Assembly: GCF_964213995.1 (NCBI RefSeq)
Contig: NW_027590154.1
Span: 868,001-932,000, forward strand
Source: Mustelus asterias
Taxonomy: Eukaryota
Length of the DNA: 64,000 bases
Direction of reading: 5' to 3'
Positions within the stretch are counted from its first letter, which is position 1. Each line of letters opens with the position of its first letter. A program made the translations under genes and the position numbers. The notes beneath the pieces are model-generated. The model had not been told where the DNA came from. It saw only the letters and a list, made by a program, of their open reading frames with translations, and ran no database searches. Positions 62,667 through 64,000 of this stretch are shown here, one piece after another.

Positions 62667-63269
62667 ATCTTTGGATAGTAGCTGGGAAATCCTGTGTGTT
62701 AGAACTTGGGTGGAATCTTGGGCAGATGCAGCAACACTGAGCAACGACTCTATCAGAGGCTCAAACACACACCGAGAGGAAACCAAATTAACTTCGGACC
62801 AAACTGTCACCTGGTTCCAGGAGCGGTGGAGAAAAGCAAACCACTGGACAGGCAGACTCAAAACAGAATCATAATTAATGACATCCGTTCTAACGCCACT
62901 CTTACTATTTGCAGCTGCGTTAGTGTGATGAGTGCTGAGTTGGTAGTTAGTTAATCGCACCATCCCAAACTGAAATACAATTTCCCTACTTGAGAAATAA
63001 TTCTGTGATTGAAGATCAGAAGGTGGGAATGAAATGCTGGCCTGATAATGGTCAACAACAGTCAAAGAAATGGACAAGGAAAATATTCCAACATTGCGAG
63101 ATAGCAGGAAGGATAATGAAAACTGAGGGAAATCACAAATTCCGTTGGTTTTAAACACCCTTCATTAGCTTGTAAAATCTCCTGATTGTGTATAAACTGT
63201 GCCTGATACAGCAACATACTTTGATCAAAAATACTCTGTGAAAATAATGTGTCGGGTGGGGGTGGAGAA

Positions 63270-64000
63270 TGTATTTAACTTCCAACCCATCTTCCTTCCA
63301 ACTCGCTGTTCAAGTTTGCGGCTGACACCACCGTAGTGGTTCGGGTCTCAAGCAATGATGAGACAGAGTACAGGAAAGGGATGGAGAATCTGGTAAACTG
63401 TTGCAACGGCAATAACCTCTCCCACAATGTCAACAAGACGAAGTAGAGAGTCGTCGACTTCAGGAAGCGTAGTGGCGAACATGCCTCTGCCTACACAAAC
63501 GGGGACGAAGTGGAAATGGTGGAGAGTTTCAAGTTACTCGATGTCCAGATCACCAACAACCTGCCCTGGTTCCCCCATGCAGACACTATAGTAAAGAATG
63601 CCTCTACTTTCTCAGAAGGCGAAGGAAATTTGCCATGTCTGATCCGACTCTCACAAACGTTTACAGATACTCCATAGAAAACATTTTTTCTGGTTGTATT
63701 AGGGCTTGGTAACTCTCCTCCCAAGACCAAGACCGCAAAAAGCTACAAAGAATTGTGAATGAAGCCGAGCCCAACACTCAAACCAGCCTCCCACCCATTG
63801 ACTCTCTGAATTTCCCGCTGCCTTGGGAAAGCAGCCAGTATATTCAAGGACCCCACGCACCAGAGATATTCAGTCTTCCACCTTATTTGATTGGGAAAAT
63901 GATACAGACGTCTGAGGGCAAGTACCAATTGACTCAAGAACAGCTTCTTCCTTGCTGCCATCAGACTTCTAAATGGACCTACCTCATATTAAGTTGATCT
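63270..64000 (+). mobile_element. Rex1/Babar-like LINE 3' portion, degraded
   Basis: FKFAADTTVVVRVSSNDETEYR at ~63310; later KAASIFKDP-like segment as in the 10.5 kb copy. Confidence 0.75.

Overview
Eukaryotic DNA, most likely from a shark or other cartilaginous fish (HE1/V-SINEs, shark-type CR1 LINEs, KRAB-less 'MEKPWKC' zinc-finger genes, shark-type TCR V segments). The window has three parts. (1) 1-38.1 kb is a cluster of nine C2H2 zinc-finger genes, pseudogenes and remnants in both orientations. Each has one coding exon, no visible effector domain, and shared 5' and 3' non-coding modules; several have CpG-rich promoters. (2) 38.1-42 kb is a boundary with a repeat insertion and two divergent tRNA genes (intron-containing Ile-TAT, Gln-CTG). 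(3) 43-63 kb holds seven T-cell receptor alpha/delta-type V segments (leader, intron, V exon, 23-bp-spacer RSS) oriented +,+,-,-,-,+,+. One looks fully intact, one is open but has a mutated acceptor, and five are defective. No D, J or C segment is visible. The rest is CR1, Rex1/Babar-like and Penelope-like retroelements and a solo LTR. Less obvious signals are minimal hammerhead ribozyme motifs in the Penelope repeats, a U2 snRNA 5' fragment ending at nt 37, a 37-bp minisatellite open in all six frames, and CTCF-, CRE- and ETS-IRF-like motifs near V promoters. All calls were made by eye; repeat boundaries are approximate.
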